Source: Nemertoderma westbladi
Lineage: Eukaryota; Animalia; Xenacoelomorpha
Length of the DNA stretch: 60,945 bases
Assembly: GCA_032718475.1 (NCBI GenBank)
Contig: JAUCBJ010003500.1
Coordinates: forward strand, 1 to 60,945
Direction: 5' to 3'
Of this stretch, positions 48,919 to 60,945 are shown piece after piece (within the stretch, counting starts at the first letter, position 1; each line of letters begins with the position of its first letter). Below the pieces are notes generated by a model that saw only the letters and a list, made by a program, of their open reading frames with translations, had not been told where the DNA came from and did not search any database. A program made the position numbers and the translations under genes.

Positions 48919-51140
48919 GGATAGTTCTTTTTACAGAACACAGCAGAACACAGTAGAACACAGCAGAACACAGTAGAACACAGCAGAACACAATAGAATA
49001 CAGGCGGAACATAGGCGAACACAGCTGTAATTAAAATCTACACCAAAAAATAACACACTTGGGAAAGTACCTGACTTAATCATACAACTGTAAGATGTCA
49101 ATTACATATTTAAATTAAATGGCGGTTTTCCATATCCTCCAAAATATATTACCTGATCAGAGTTGCCCGATCAGCTGTTCGGTTAGGCCTGTACCTGTTA
49201 CTAGTCCAGCAGTCTGCCTGTCAGCCTGTTCCAGTACTGCCGTAGGCCTAGTGCTGTAGAGACTACTACTAGGATCGGCATGCTGCATTGCAGCTGCATT
49301 TTTAAGAATGCTGTGCCGGCTTGTCAACAAAATTGCACCGCCACAACTCCCTATCACCCATGACATTTGCTAGATCATCCGCATCTTTAAGGCCAGTATC
49401 CTTTAAGATGCGTCTCAAGAAAGTCATGGGCTGTCCACCATGCTTATTCACTCCATGAGGCTGCCAAAGTACAAGATTATGCACTGGCTGGTCCTCACGG
49501 CGAAAGCAATGTCCTGCAAAGCGGAGGCGATTTTGTTCTAGTGTCAAGCTTGGGGGAACCAATGAGACACCTCCAATGTTATATAGTGTCTGGTTGTAGA
49601 TGTGTGCATTGTACTTGACACAATGTACCCGGCGTAGCATTCTTGTGAATGTGCCATCCAGAGATTTGGTGTCCTCAGCAGTTAGAGCCCAGCATGGACT
49701 CCCGTAGAGGAGTACTGGAACTACTGCTGCTCTAAATAATCGGACCTTAAGTTTCCGACTAATTCTAGGTGACTTCCAAATCCTGGAAAGCCTATTCAAG
49801 GCTGCCCATGCCTTTCCCTTACGTATTCGAAGGTCCTCACCTTACTTCCGGATCCATGATCCCAGGTAACAGAAGTCGTCCACATGCTCAAGCATACCAT
49901 CCTTTGAGCTTATGCTCATCCGATCAGAGACTTGCTGAGGACTTTCAAAGTTAACTGTCAGAATTTTGGTCTTTCTGGAGTTAATAAAAAGACCAACACT
50001 AGAAGCAGCATGTTCTAATGAGCTAAGAAGCCGTTGGGCTCCTTCTAATGATTCTGAGAGTACTCCTAAGTCATCAGCAAAGTCTAGATCAGTTAGGTAC
50101 TTGGCAGGATTTCCTCGACTTCTGGAGCCAGTAGGTGGAGTTATCATCACCCCATCATCATTATGATGATCTAAGGACATGCGTAGAACATAGTCAACCA
50201 CAATAATGAACAAGAATGGTGCAAGTGTGTCTCCTTGGAGGACGCCCCATAACACTTCAAATGGTTCTGTGTCACCGTCAACAGTAGACACAAATGTTGT
50301 CGAACCATCGTATACTGATCTGATTGCTGCAATAATTTCATCAGGAATCCCATATAATGAAAGTATGCTGAACATACGTGAGCGAGAGACTGAATCAAAG
50401 GCCTTGAAGAAGTCAACAAAGATAACAGCCAGATGCCTGTCTTTCTTTTTTTATAACTCTTCAATTATCCTTCTAAGTGCCAAAATGGGCTCCATGGTCC
50501 CACGACCTTTTCGGAACCCATTCTGATTTCCACGTAGCAGTCTCTCAATGGGATCCCTGATGCGATTTAATAGAATTCTATCGAGATCAATGAGATTCCC
50601 CGAAAAGAACCATAGAGTGTTAGGTTGCCCTTCTTGGGAACTGGCACCAACTTATTTGTTTTCATTTCTTGTGGGACTCTTGTTGTACGGTACATGTCTA
50701 CTATGATGGGATAGATGAGCTTTAAACACTCAGGTATTTAGGCTGTAGAGACATGTACAGACTGACAGACTGTACATTGTACAGACAGACAGATGTAGGC
50801 ATTTACCGGCAATTACCGGGCACAGTGTAGAGTATATTACCAATGTACTGATGTAGGCCTACTCAGCTACCGGTACTGTACTGCTGTAGAACTAACCAAC
50901 TCTTCATGGTTACAGGATAATGAGAAGTAATTTATTTTGGAGGATATGGAAAACCGCCATTTAATTTAAATATGTAATTGACATCTTACAGTTGTATGAT
51001 TAAATCCGGTACTTTCCCAAGTGTGTTATTTTTTGGTGTAGATTTTAATTACAGCTGTGTTCGCCTATGTTCCGCCTGTATTCTATTGTGTTCTGCTGTG
51101 TTCTACTGTGTTCTGCTGTGTTCTGTAAAAAGATATATCC
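48919..51140. mobile_element. Non-autonomous Mutator-like (MULE) element with long TIRs
   Basis: About 210-230-bp TIRs (48919-49146 and 50933-51140) containing 10-bp CAGAACACAG repeats; 9-bp TSD AAAAAAACG (48910-48918 and 51141-51149). Confidence 0.85.
49264..50741 (-). mobile_element. 5'-truncated, frameshifted RTE-type LINE nested in the MULE
   Basis: QNGFRKGR, FVDFFKAFDS, GVLQGDTLAPFLF, FADD, YLGS, RLRFAGH; (TAG)n tail; 11-bp TSD GCTGTAGAGAC (49253-49263 and 50742-50752). Confidence 0.9.
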
Positions 51141-51620
51141 AAAAAAACGCATAATAGGCCTAATTGCTATTAACATGATTTAATTAATAATAGGTCAAAA
51201 ACTGGCTACCCATAACATAGTAATGGCCCTAACCGTAACAATAGTAACCGTGACTAACTCAGCAATAGTCTGCAGAAGCTTTGGAGAAGTAAAAATTGAA
51301 AATACTCCAGCACCACATAATTACAAAATTGCATTGAAAAACCTATAAATACGATTTTATCCTTAAAAATTTTATTTTTTATAATTTACTAGCCACCAAA
51401 AAAAACACTACAGTGGCTACCAAATTTATCACTAATTACCATTAAAAACACTAGCAACCATGATAATGATTCAACATTCCTTTATGCTATAATTAAACTT
51501 AAAGAACATAAATAATATAGAAAATGTAAAAAAATCGCTTGCATAATTTTATAAAATTTCGTAAAAGTGATTAGGATATACACAGACTCTCAACAAGAAT
51601 GGCACGGGCTCCAGTAATAC

Positions 51621-51973
51621 CTGTTGTTGCTTGTTTTAGCCGAACCGCAACTACATCGCCGATGTAACGCCCGTATGTCCATGAACCCGGGGTTTATACC
51701 ACTCTGATTGGCGCACAAACCCTCCTCTCTGTAACTCTTACGGGTCTGACACCGGTGTCTCCCGCCCCGCTGCGACGCCTTCCATAAAGGACGCTCTTCT
51801 CGTGGACTTTGCCGGAATCTGGGAGAACCTCCGCCGGCTGAATGTGGTCGGACGCTGGCGGGAGGCCTTGAGGAAGATCTCCTACGGAACATCGGGGGTA
51901 CGTAATCGCTGGTTTTGGGACCGCCTGGCGGATATAGACGAGTTACCGTCGATTGTGATGACGTAGACTCCAT
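51621..51973 (-). CDS. Candidate first coding exon (R/S/P-rich cytoplasmic tail) of the FReD gene
   Basis: GC-rich open frame in AT-rich DNA, ATG in ACTATGG context, donor CAG|GTATTA in phase 2 matching the acceptor at 44172. The three exons total 1635 nt (544 aa). Confidence 0.5.
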
Positions 51974-52606
51974 AGTAATTTGTTATCACCGGTATTATTT
52001 TGTATTCTTTTGTTTTATGGCTATTGAATTACATTGTTGTCAATTATTGTGCTTACTGCGAATGTAAATATAAAAATATTTAAATTCCAGAATAATAATT
52101 TCTAAAGCAACACACTTGATTTTCTTTAGTTCCTTTATTGTGAAGCTTAAAATATTATTGAATAAACAAAACAAAGTTTTGCATTGTTGGCATTTGAACA
52201 GTTGTTTCGCTGGCCCAAAGACTTCTCAACCAATTTAGAACAGAGGCAGCATCTAATGTCAGTCTATTTTGATTAAAAAAAAATCTGAGTTCTAGGTTAC
52301 CCCCAGCAGATCTTCGGCAATCACTGTGTTGAGTAACGATATGGTTTGGTTGTTTATATAGAAGACTTCTGCTACCTAGAACTTTGTATTTGGAGATATG
52401 ACGAAAGAAAACCTTAGAATACGAAACAGCTGGCAAGTTCTGTCGACTGCACTGTATTAAATTCACCTAAAATCACAATATTTCTGAAGGTGTATCATCG
52501 TGGATCATCGTTGCAGCTTGTAGCATTAGAACCTTTGCTGAATGCATCAACATGATAGACAGGGATCATGGCAAAAGAAGCAATGCTCACATAATATACA
52601 TTTCGC

Positions 52607-52772
52607 ACTGTTGTGTCCCTAGGCAAGACACTTTAGACATTAGTGCCTACGTCAACCCAGCGGTATAATGGGAACCTAGCTTTGCTGGGGTAATGATAAT
52701 AAAAGCGCTTTGAGTATGCCGAGCATAATAAAGCGCTATATAAATAACCAATATTATTATTATTATTATAAT
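52607..52772 (+). mobile_element. 5'-truncated CORE-like SINE with L2-type tail
   Basis: GTGTCCCTAGGCAAGACACTT core, AAAGCGCTTTGAG..AAAGCGCTATATAAAT, (TAT)n tail. Confidence 0.7.
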
Positions 52773-53023
52773 TAACGATGCATTGTATCAGTAGTAATAT
52801 CTGGTTACAAAAAACCGGCACCACCCTGCGGCTACAACCATTGCTACTGCTGCTCAGCCTGCACATGATCTTGTTCCATTACAGCCAGCTGGAGAGACAC
52901 ATGGTGGGCATCCATTGGCATCTTGAACGTCTGCTAAACGACTTGGATCTTATTGATGCAGACAATGTGGGTATTTACATGGCTGTCCGCAAACTGTAGG
53001 GGGGGGGGGGGGCTATGTAGGAC

Positions 53024-53297
53024 AAATGTAAAGTAAAGTAAATTTTCTTCGGCCACTAGGCCAGGGATTACGCACAAAGTCTGACGACTTATTTCCAGTG
53101 CGGTCCCCCCAGAACGTTACTCCCCATAGGAAACTCTAGTACTCATTTAGCTACCACTTAAGGATGCAAGGCAGAGATGCGCCCTGGCTGGTCCCTTTAA
53201 AGCATTCGTGCCGAAACGAAAACTGCCCTGGCCCATGTGAGGATCGAACCCACGACCTACAGGAGATGTGAATTCAATGCAACCACTACACCAAGGT
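53024..53297 (-). mobile_element. tRNA-derived SINE
   Basis: A box TGGTGTAGTGG, B box GGTTCGATCCT, central GCCTTGCATCCTT..AAATGAGTAC segment, (TTTAC)n tail. Confidence 0.8.
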
Positions 53298-53655
53298 GGA
53301 ACCTTGGTGTAGTGGTGGTAGGCGGATACGAATTATATTTTCTCTAAATTGAACAAAATTAATCGGTGGAGTAATGGACGGACAGTCAAGCAACAAAATT
53401 ATTTTCACTACTGATCCTGTCAGTACAATTTCAATACTACGTCATATGCCACATATAGTACGCAATATCTGCTAGAAATTGATTGATTATACAGTAATAT
53501 AGAGGATGTCATAGTTTAAAAATGTTAATACGTTGGTCTAGGTCTAATTGGCTAATATTGTAATACATTAAGTAAACACAAATATTATTGCGTAATAATA
53601 TTACTAAATAATGGTATAAACCCACCTGAGTAAAATTCGTTAGCGTATTGCGTAT

Positions 53656-54354
53656 AATAAAGTGGAGGGGCTGCTATGGAGGTAGGATTGCATATAAATG
53701 CTATCAAGACCGAATTCATGACTTTTAATGTTGATGGAAACTTGACAACCATTGATAATAATCAACTAAGGAAGGTTGACGACTTCCAGTACCTTGGATC
53801 ATGGATAGAGAGTAGCAAAAAGGACATAGAAGTTAAGAAAGCAAAGGCTTGGGTAGCTCTATCAAAATGGATACCATCTGGAAATCAGATCTCTCCAGGC
53901 ACCTGAAGACTAAGTTCTTTCGAGCCACAGTGGAAAGTGTATTTTTATACGACGTTGAGACCTGGACACTGACTAAATCACTTTAACAACGAATTGATGG
54001 TTGCCATACAAGACTACTAAGGGCAGCCCTAAACATCAGCTGGAAACAACACATGTCAAACGCCGAGCTTTATGGTAAAATACCACCTGTATCAACCACC
54101 CTCCGTGGACGCAGATTAAGATTCAGTGGGCACAGCTGGCGAAGTAAAGACGAGGTCATACCAGATCTCCTTTCCTGGCAACCAACTCAGGGAAAGCGTA
54201 GTCGTGGACGACCGGCCATAACAAAGATAGATCAACTTGAAAGGGATACTGAACTTGGGAGAAACGAAATTGCGACAACTATGGAGAATCGAGAAGTCTG
54301 GAAGGATCTCATTTCCACTGTCCGAGATCGCTCGACCTAGTAGTAGTAGTAGTA
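53656..54354 (+). mobile_element. 3' fragment of an RTE-type LINE
   Basis: GLHINAIKTEFM, FQYLGSWI, RLRFSGH, RGRP; (TAG)n tail; 11-bp TSD GTATTGCGTAT (53645-53655 and 54355-54365). Confidence 0.88.
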
Positions 54355-54899
54355 GTATTGCGTATTTAGTTATTATGTAGGCCTACGTTTTCTTTCAGTT
54401 TCCTGTTCAGGTCCAATCTACACGATTGTTTAATATTGGAGGTTATGTTTGCGTGTTGGTGCTCCACTCTCTTATGTGTGTGTTAATTTATTTAAACTAT
54501 TGTTTGGGTATTATGTATGTATTGAGTTTCTTAACATGTAAATAACCGAACATGTCGATTTCATATTGATGTCCCGCGACGAAGCCTGTTACCACCTCTA
54601 TCCCTTCGCGAATCGGAATATTAGTATAGATCGCGGTGATTCCCCGTACTTAGTTCCAAGCCTCAAGCGAATTTAGTTCCAATAGAAATTAATTTAGTTC
54701 TAATTTAGGCGAGTTTAGTTCCAATAACTAGAGAAAAACGAAAACGAATTTATGGACCAATGGAAGTGAATTTAGTTCCACCAATGGAAGCGAACTTTGT
54801 TCCAATGTTTCAGGTGTGGGGCGAGCCACGTAGTTGGCGAAGAATCTGTTTAATCCCCCTACTAGGGGGATGAGGGCCGGGTAAATAATTATTGTAAAT

Positions 54900-55159
54900 G
54901 AATGGGAGAATCTTTTAGGCTCGTCTATAAGCCAAGGAATGCCTGTTCACCACCAGGGTGATCTTCCACAGTAAACCCTTCCACTCTGTTTCCCAAGTTG
55001 CTTTGGTTCCCATTTATCGACCACTGAAGGATGAAAGCCGGGGTTGGGCTAGGCTGCAGCATTTAAAGCACTGTGCCCAAACAGTGCTGCCACATCTAGG
55101 GATCGAACCCGGGCTCCCAAATCGGAAGCACAGTAATGTCACCACTAGACCAAGCTGCT
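54900..55159 (-). mobile_element. tRNA-derived SINE inserted in the foldback element
   Basis: A box TGGTCTAGTGG, B box GGTTCGATCCC, 16-bp TSD AATAATTATTGTAAAT (54884-54899 and 55160-55175). Confidence 0.88.
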
Positions 55160-56209
55160 AATAATTATTGTAAATAAAAGATGGCAGCCTGGATGGACCA
55201 CAATGTTAACGTTACCTAACCACAAGCTTAAACATGGCACTGAATATTTTTGATTAATTGTAGATTTCGATAATATTTATATAATATTTAGATAATTTCG
55301 TTCTATCACAATGGGGGGAGGGGGTGGGGGTTGGGTTCAACCATATGGTACTCGACTAGCACTTTCATCCCGCCCCCACACCCAAACCAGGCTATTATAC
55401 TACAAATGGTACTTTACTTTTTTTTTTTTTTTACTCTGGATAGGTAACGTACTGCTGTATGAGTAGGCCTACAGTACTACCTAGTGGTACATACAGACAT
55501 ACTGATACTATATTTCTGACAGAAGGGTTTTACCACAATTTACAATTATTGCTGACCCCATGACCACCCCCAAATTGTGGCATTATGCAAAATCTTCGCT
55601 ACTACGTGGCTGAATTCGCTATTGTTTTCTTTCTAGTTATTGCACGTGGGGATAGCCACGTAGTAGGCGAAGCCTATTGCGTATTGCCTCTATTTGGGGT
55701 GGGTCAGGGTCAACAATAATTGTAAATAATTGTAAAACCCTTCTGTCATTTTTAAAAATCGAATTATTATTAATGAATTAAATGTATAATTACACATTTC
55801 AAATATATATTAATCACGAGTATACTGATACTGACTGACTGAGTCTGTAGTATTATAATAAATACTCAAGTCATGCACATTGTGCCATTTCCAAACCAAA
55901 TACAATATGAGTTTGGGCGTTGTTTTTTACACTGAATATCATTTTAAATGATTAAATATAATTGAATTGTTTGGGTTAAGAGGTTGGGCGTTGTTTGGGA
56001 TAAGATTGTTTTGGTTAGGAGGTTAGGCATTTTGGGTTAGTTATTTACAATTATTATTTAACCATCCACCTAATACTGTCATTAAACAGATTCTTCGCCA
56101 ACTACGTGGCTCGCCCCACACCTAAATGGATCTAAATTCGTTAATTTTTTTCGTATAATTTTATAATATAATATAATTTTTTTTCTTCGTTAAATCATTT
56201 TAAATTGAA

Positions 56210-56410
56210 TTGGAACTAAATTCGCTTGCATTGGAACTAAATTCGCTTGCATTGGAACTAAATTCGCTTGCATTGGAACTAAATTCGCTTGCATTGGAAC
56301 TAAATTCGCTTGCATTGGAACTAAATTCGCTTAAATTGGAACTAAATTCGCTTGCATTGGAACTAAATTCGCTTGCATTGGCACCAAGTTCGCATCCATT
56401 GGAACTAAGT
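56210..56410. repeat. 21-bp tandem repeat TTGGAACTAAATTCGCTTGCA, about 9 copies
   Basis: Direct periodicity; degenerate inverted copies at 54645-54810. Confidence 0.95.
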
Positions 56411-59400
56411 ATTAATTCTAATAATCCCGAAATCGATTTCGAACGAATCGAACGCATCTATGGACGGATAGGAAGATTTAAACAGTCAGTACAATTTCAA
56501 TACTAGTGTCATATGCCAAATATAGAACGCAATACCAGCTAGAGCTAGGTATTGATTGAGTGTGCCATATTTACCCATTAAACCGCAGTATCGTTTGGCT
56601 TAGAATAGTTGATGCTGTCATCTTGGGATCATCTCTAACTGACACGTTGCTCAAAGTTCTTTGGATGACATTTAAAAATTCGGTAAGTCGATGCTGAATA
56701 ATAAGTGTATATATAAGTTAAGTAAAAAAAGTATCAAATAGTTACAGAGCAAAATTTCTTCAACAAACTATAAAATTTTTTGACAATCGTTATATATAAA
56801 ACACATGTTAAATGTGGATTCGATTTGCCATCTCATAAAATGTAAGTAATAATTTGTTAATTATAGTACAGTGTTGCATGATTACTCATTAATAATATTG
56901 TTACAAACTTATTAAATACTTATTAGGTGGCGCTCAAACTACAAAGTAAAAATATAAAAATCCCATAAACTATTGAAATTTTCTGAATTAGTCTACAGAC
57001 GAGGAGCAATCTGAGCTAATAATACATCGATCGAAAGATCTCGACTAGAGCACGTAAAGCGACGAAATGGTTATTTTGTGTGGTAGCTACAGTACTTACT
57101 ATTTACAACATATCTATCATAACACAAAATTAATTGATTAGGCCGTTTCCTTTTTGCGGTACCGGTTGGGCGCGAGGTTAGCCTGGCAGTTCAGTCTGTC
57201 ACTCTACACGTTGGGTGTCATGGATTATCATGCACATCTACGTGATGCAGACCGCCCCGAGCACGGTAACGTGAACCGCGCTATCTCGAGACGAATTTTA
57301 CGCGTTTGCTTGCTTGAATGCGTATTTGAGGTCAAATTGGCCTGATTACTGGTCTGCCGGCAGGAAACTGTATAACAGCAGTTGCATCATCAGCTGTCTC
57401 AATATGCTCTAACTGACACTTTGCAGATATGTACCTGAAATACTGCATGTTTGGGATGACTCTTATCTGTCTGAAGTTCTCCAGTCTGCCGCTAGGGGGC
57501 GAAATGTATGAAAGTGAAGACCTCCTATTTGGTTGTATGTGCTTTTCTACTGATACATGGCAGAGTTCTACTATACCACAGGCTGCGTGTTTGGGAGGAC
57601 GCTTACCAGTCTGCAGTTCTCCCGTCTGCCGCTAGGGTGAGAAATATCGGAAAGTGAAAAACCTTCTCTATTTCTTTGTTTACAATGCTTTTTTGCTAAT
57701 TTTGGCCTATTTTAATACTTAAGAGTTGATACTTGGCAGCGATCTAAGAGTACCTTCTAAACTATACAGTAGGTTGTGTTAACGTAACCTCTCGCAGTTC
57801 TACAGTTTTCGTAATGGCCAAACTGTCTGACAGTTTAAACCTACATCCTATTTTATTATTTATAATTCTTTGGAGGTGATACTTTGGCAGGTAGGCCTAT
57901 CTACTACAACATAAGCCTTACTGTATGTTGTACCGCAGATAAAGATACCGGACTTAGCGACTGTAGACTGTTTTTTTTTGAGAGAACGCTCACTCATGTG
58001 ACATTTTGTTAAGTTAGAAGGCGATCTGACTTACTCATATAAATCTAGATCTACTTTATCATTTTACAATTTATCACTGTGAACGGCGTCTTAGAGTCCC
58101 TACTACCTTAAATGAATCGGCATGTCCCATAAAAATGTATTAAAATAACTTTCGTTTGGCAGAGCTTGCAAAGTCGTCAATGACGTCCATGTGGGATCGA
58201 ACTGGTTGATCTCCGGGTTGGAAGTCTGTCGCCTTGTTTTGAAATATTCCAAAAATTTCCGCGATTTACGTGCTCAATACTTAACTTATACACTCACTAC
58301 AATGAAAGGTAGTATATTAACCATGAACCATGACGGCCACAATGATTAATTATACACTCTAGCTACTAATTTAGGTAGGACAATTACAGCTTCCTACCCA
58401 GCTTCATAGAGAAATGGAATGGTTAGAGCTACCAACCTGGATATCACGAGTTCGATCCCACCTGGACCTCATTGTAGACTTCGCTGAGGCTAAGCTATGC
58501 CCAACAAAAGCTATAATAATCTGAATCCACTCATTCATCTAAAAATACCAATAATAAATTAAGCTGTATTGCAGACCGCCAATCTTTGCAGCACTTTTAG
58601 CAAACGATTGAGGAATGTTAATGGCTGATCCCCGCGGGTTGTGTAACCAGTTGGTTATCGTCGAATAAATAAGATCACGTGCAAAGTGATCTTCGATAGT
58701 GGCCCGCAAGATGCACCAGTTGTGTTCGCAGTGTAGTGCGGTTAACGGTTGCGGTGGTAACGCGGTTGCAGCATAATCGACCTAGAAAAGGCAAAGTTCA
58801 AAAATATAAGAAATTAATTATAAGATAATTTGGAATTGTAATATTGGGGCCGTCGGAGCCAAAAAGATAGGTTAATTAATCGAAGAATTTGCATCCATAG
58901 GATTTTACTAACATACAGTATATGACACTTACGTGGCAGGTACCACTCGCTGGTTTGCCAGTCTACCCGGCGGGTTTCTCCGTGCAGTTGGCAGTCAGCC
59001 CATATCTATTGTAATTTGTAGCCACATGGCCTACTGTACCGCTAGCGGTGTCCTTGACCACCAGGCGTTTGAGGAAAGTCATCCGATTTCCACTCGTTTG
59101 TGCATTTATTCCTCGGCTACTCCTCCGGTACACATTCTACTATTCCTCGAAAATACGGATGAAAAAGTCGGACCAAAAAAATAGTACTTTCTTTTTGCAA
59201 AAGAAATATTTATTTCTCTCTGATTTTTATATGTACAGAACTGTACAATACATTACGTTGCCCACTAAGATTTTACGTGTAGGTGATGTTTGAATGAATG
59301 GTCACAATAAATTATCTGAATTATTGCAATTTGTGTAACCATGTGGGATGGGTTGGAATTTGATTCAATAATAATATCCTATATATTTTTCAACAACTGT

Positions 59401-59740
59401 AAAATCTTGATTGGCTAAAATGAGACGGTGCTGAATATTAGTAATAATGAATTAATAAAATGGGCTGGTATGATAAATTTATACATCGGCTAATATACTG
59501 AGAGGGAATTGAACACTATTCGTGACGTGGTCATTGGTCATTGTTCAAAATTACGATTATATCATTCAATATAAATAATTATATTTTAATGAAAAATTCT
59601 AAATTGTACAAATCTCTACAATTTATTATTATTATTATTTTTAAAAGTTTAATTATTATAATAATTTGGAATAATACTTTGGACACACAGGCCTGGGCTG
59701 GGATAATGTGAATCTATCTGATCTGGCTGTCTGCCCACGT

Positions 59741-60469
59741 GCCCCCCCCCCCCCCCCCCCCCCCTGGATCCGCCCCTGCTACCATACCACCCTATAATCC
59801 CCCCCCCCCCCTAGATCCGCCCCTGCTACCATACCACCCTATAACCCCCCCCCCCCTGAATCCGCCCCTGCTACCATACCACCCTACAATCCCCCCCCCC
59901 CTGGATCCGCCCCTGCTACCATGCCACCCTATAATCCCCCCCCCCTGGATCCGCCCCTGCTACCATACCACCCTATAACCCCCCCCCCCCTAGATCCGCC
60001 CCCTGCTACCATACCACCCTATAATCCCCCCCCTGGATCCGCCCCTGCTACCATACCACCCTATAACCCCCCCCCCCCCCTAGATCCGCCCCTGCTACCA
60101 TACCACCCTATACCCCCCCCCCCCCCTAGATCCGCCCCTGCTACCATACCACCCTATAAACCCCCCCCCCCCTAGATCCGCCCCTGCTACCATACCACCC
60201 TATAATCCCCCCCCCTGGATCCGCCCCTGCTACCATACCACCCTATAACCCCCCCCCCCCCTAGATCCGCCCCTGCTACCATACCACCCTATAATCCCCC
60301 CCCTGGATCCGCCCCTGCTACCATACCACCCTATAACCCCCCCCCCCCCCCTAGATCCGCCCCTGCTACCATACCACCCTATAACCCCCCCCTGGATCCG
60401 CCCCTGCTACCATACCACCCTATAATCCCCCCCCCCTGGATCCGCCCCTGCTACCATACCACCCTATAA
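59741..60469. repeat. About 41-48-bp minisatellite (C)nTGGATCCGCCCCTGCTACCATACCACCCTATAA, 16 copies
   Basis: Direct periodicity with a variable poly-C run. Confidence 0.95.
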
Positions 60470-60738
60470 TGCAATACAGCCACGTCAGCTACAACACTGT
60501 CACACAATCTCAATGTTGCTAATCAACACCCCCCCCCCCCCCCCCCCCCCCACCTACTTTCCCCGTGAAAGAAGGTTTAATTAATCAATTAATCAAATCG
60601 AACATCAGAATACAGAAATTGTACGGGTATGAAAGTTCGATATATTTAATTAATTATATTTATGTTTCTTTTTAGAATTAGTATTACAACGCAAGGAATT
60701 ACAGCATAATATTATTATCTATTACACGAGATAAAATA

Positions 60739-60945
60739 ATGGCGGATGAAATAACAAACGAAGATAGTATAATAAAATACATAAGATTACACTACGATTC
60801 TCCGGTTGATGTAGATATCAAGAAAAATACTATCAGCTCTCAATTCATCGGGTAAGTTAACAAGATTAATTAAACTTTTCAAAAGAATCATGGCTCATAT
60901 CATTGAAAATGAAAATATCGGAAAACTTCAGCAACTTGCTTGGCC
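60739..60945 (+). CDS. Candidate start of a plus-strand spliced gene (MADEITNEDSIIKYIRLHYDSPVDVDIKKNTISSQFIG-IMAHIIENENIGKLQQLAW...), product unknown
   Basis: ATAATGGCG start context, GG|GTAAGT donor after 60851, AG at 60884-60885 restores the frame (34-nt intron), open to the window end. Confidence 0.4.

Larger units (their letters stand above)
54645..56410. mobile_element. Foldback-type element with nested inverted repeats
   Basis: Perfect 43-bp IR at 54812-54854/56081-56123, inner IR at about 55517-55611/55653-55748, and outer inverted 21-bp arrays. Confidence 0.7.

Noticed and set aside
48919-51140. Pack-MULE capture of an RT gene, or a novel TIR+RT element
   Set aside because: The RT fragment has its own 11-bp TSD and (TAG)n tail, so it is a nested LINE insertion.
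52140-52600. Decayed LINE 3' fragment
   Set aside because: Only vague resemblance, with stops in the frames read and no motif I can defend.
53225-55159. Functional tRNA genes
   Set aside because: A/B boxes are followed by SINE bodies, tails and a TSD; no acceptor stem or oligo-T terminator was seen.
58190-58470. Further SINE heads (GTTCGATCCC B boxes on both strands)
   Set aside because: Too degenerate to delimit.
56200-60175. ELNSLAL-repeat and poly-Pro ORFs
   Set aside because: Translations of the 21-bp and about 44-bp tandem repeats.

Overview
This is eukaryotic (invertebrate-like), repeat-dominated DNA with no prokaryotic features. From left to right: (1) an 11.5-kb array of a 31-bp satellite whose last monomer runs directly into a fossil non-LTR reverse-transcriptase core (KLYSGFVD|FQKAFD...GVLQGDSL...YADD); (2) a 60-bp satellite (about 215 monomers) whose monomer is the last codons, stop, 3'UTR and AATAAA of the neighbouring gene. 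It is interrupted by a 5'-truncated LINE and a 12.4-kb BEL/Pao LTR retrotransposon (545-bp LTRs, CTTCA TSD). The BEL/Pao element has no TGG-type tRNA PBS but has a 9-nt LTR-internal complement to the PBS position (Tf1-like self-priming geometry), an extra 3' Zn-knuckle ORF and a 13-copy stem-loop array; (3) a spliced minus-strand gene for a type II membrane protein (TM, CPPC, Thr-rich stalk, fibrinogen C-terminal domain); (4) nested small TEs (Sola-like, MULE-like with a nested RTE LINE, SINEs, a foldback element), a minisatellite born from a transposon terminus, and the possible start of a plus-strand gene. All coordinates were read by eye and no database searches were run.
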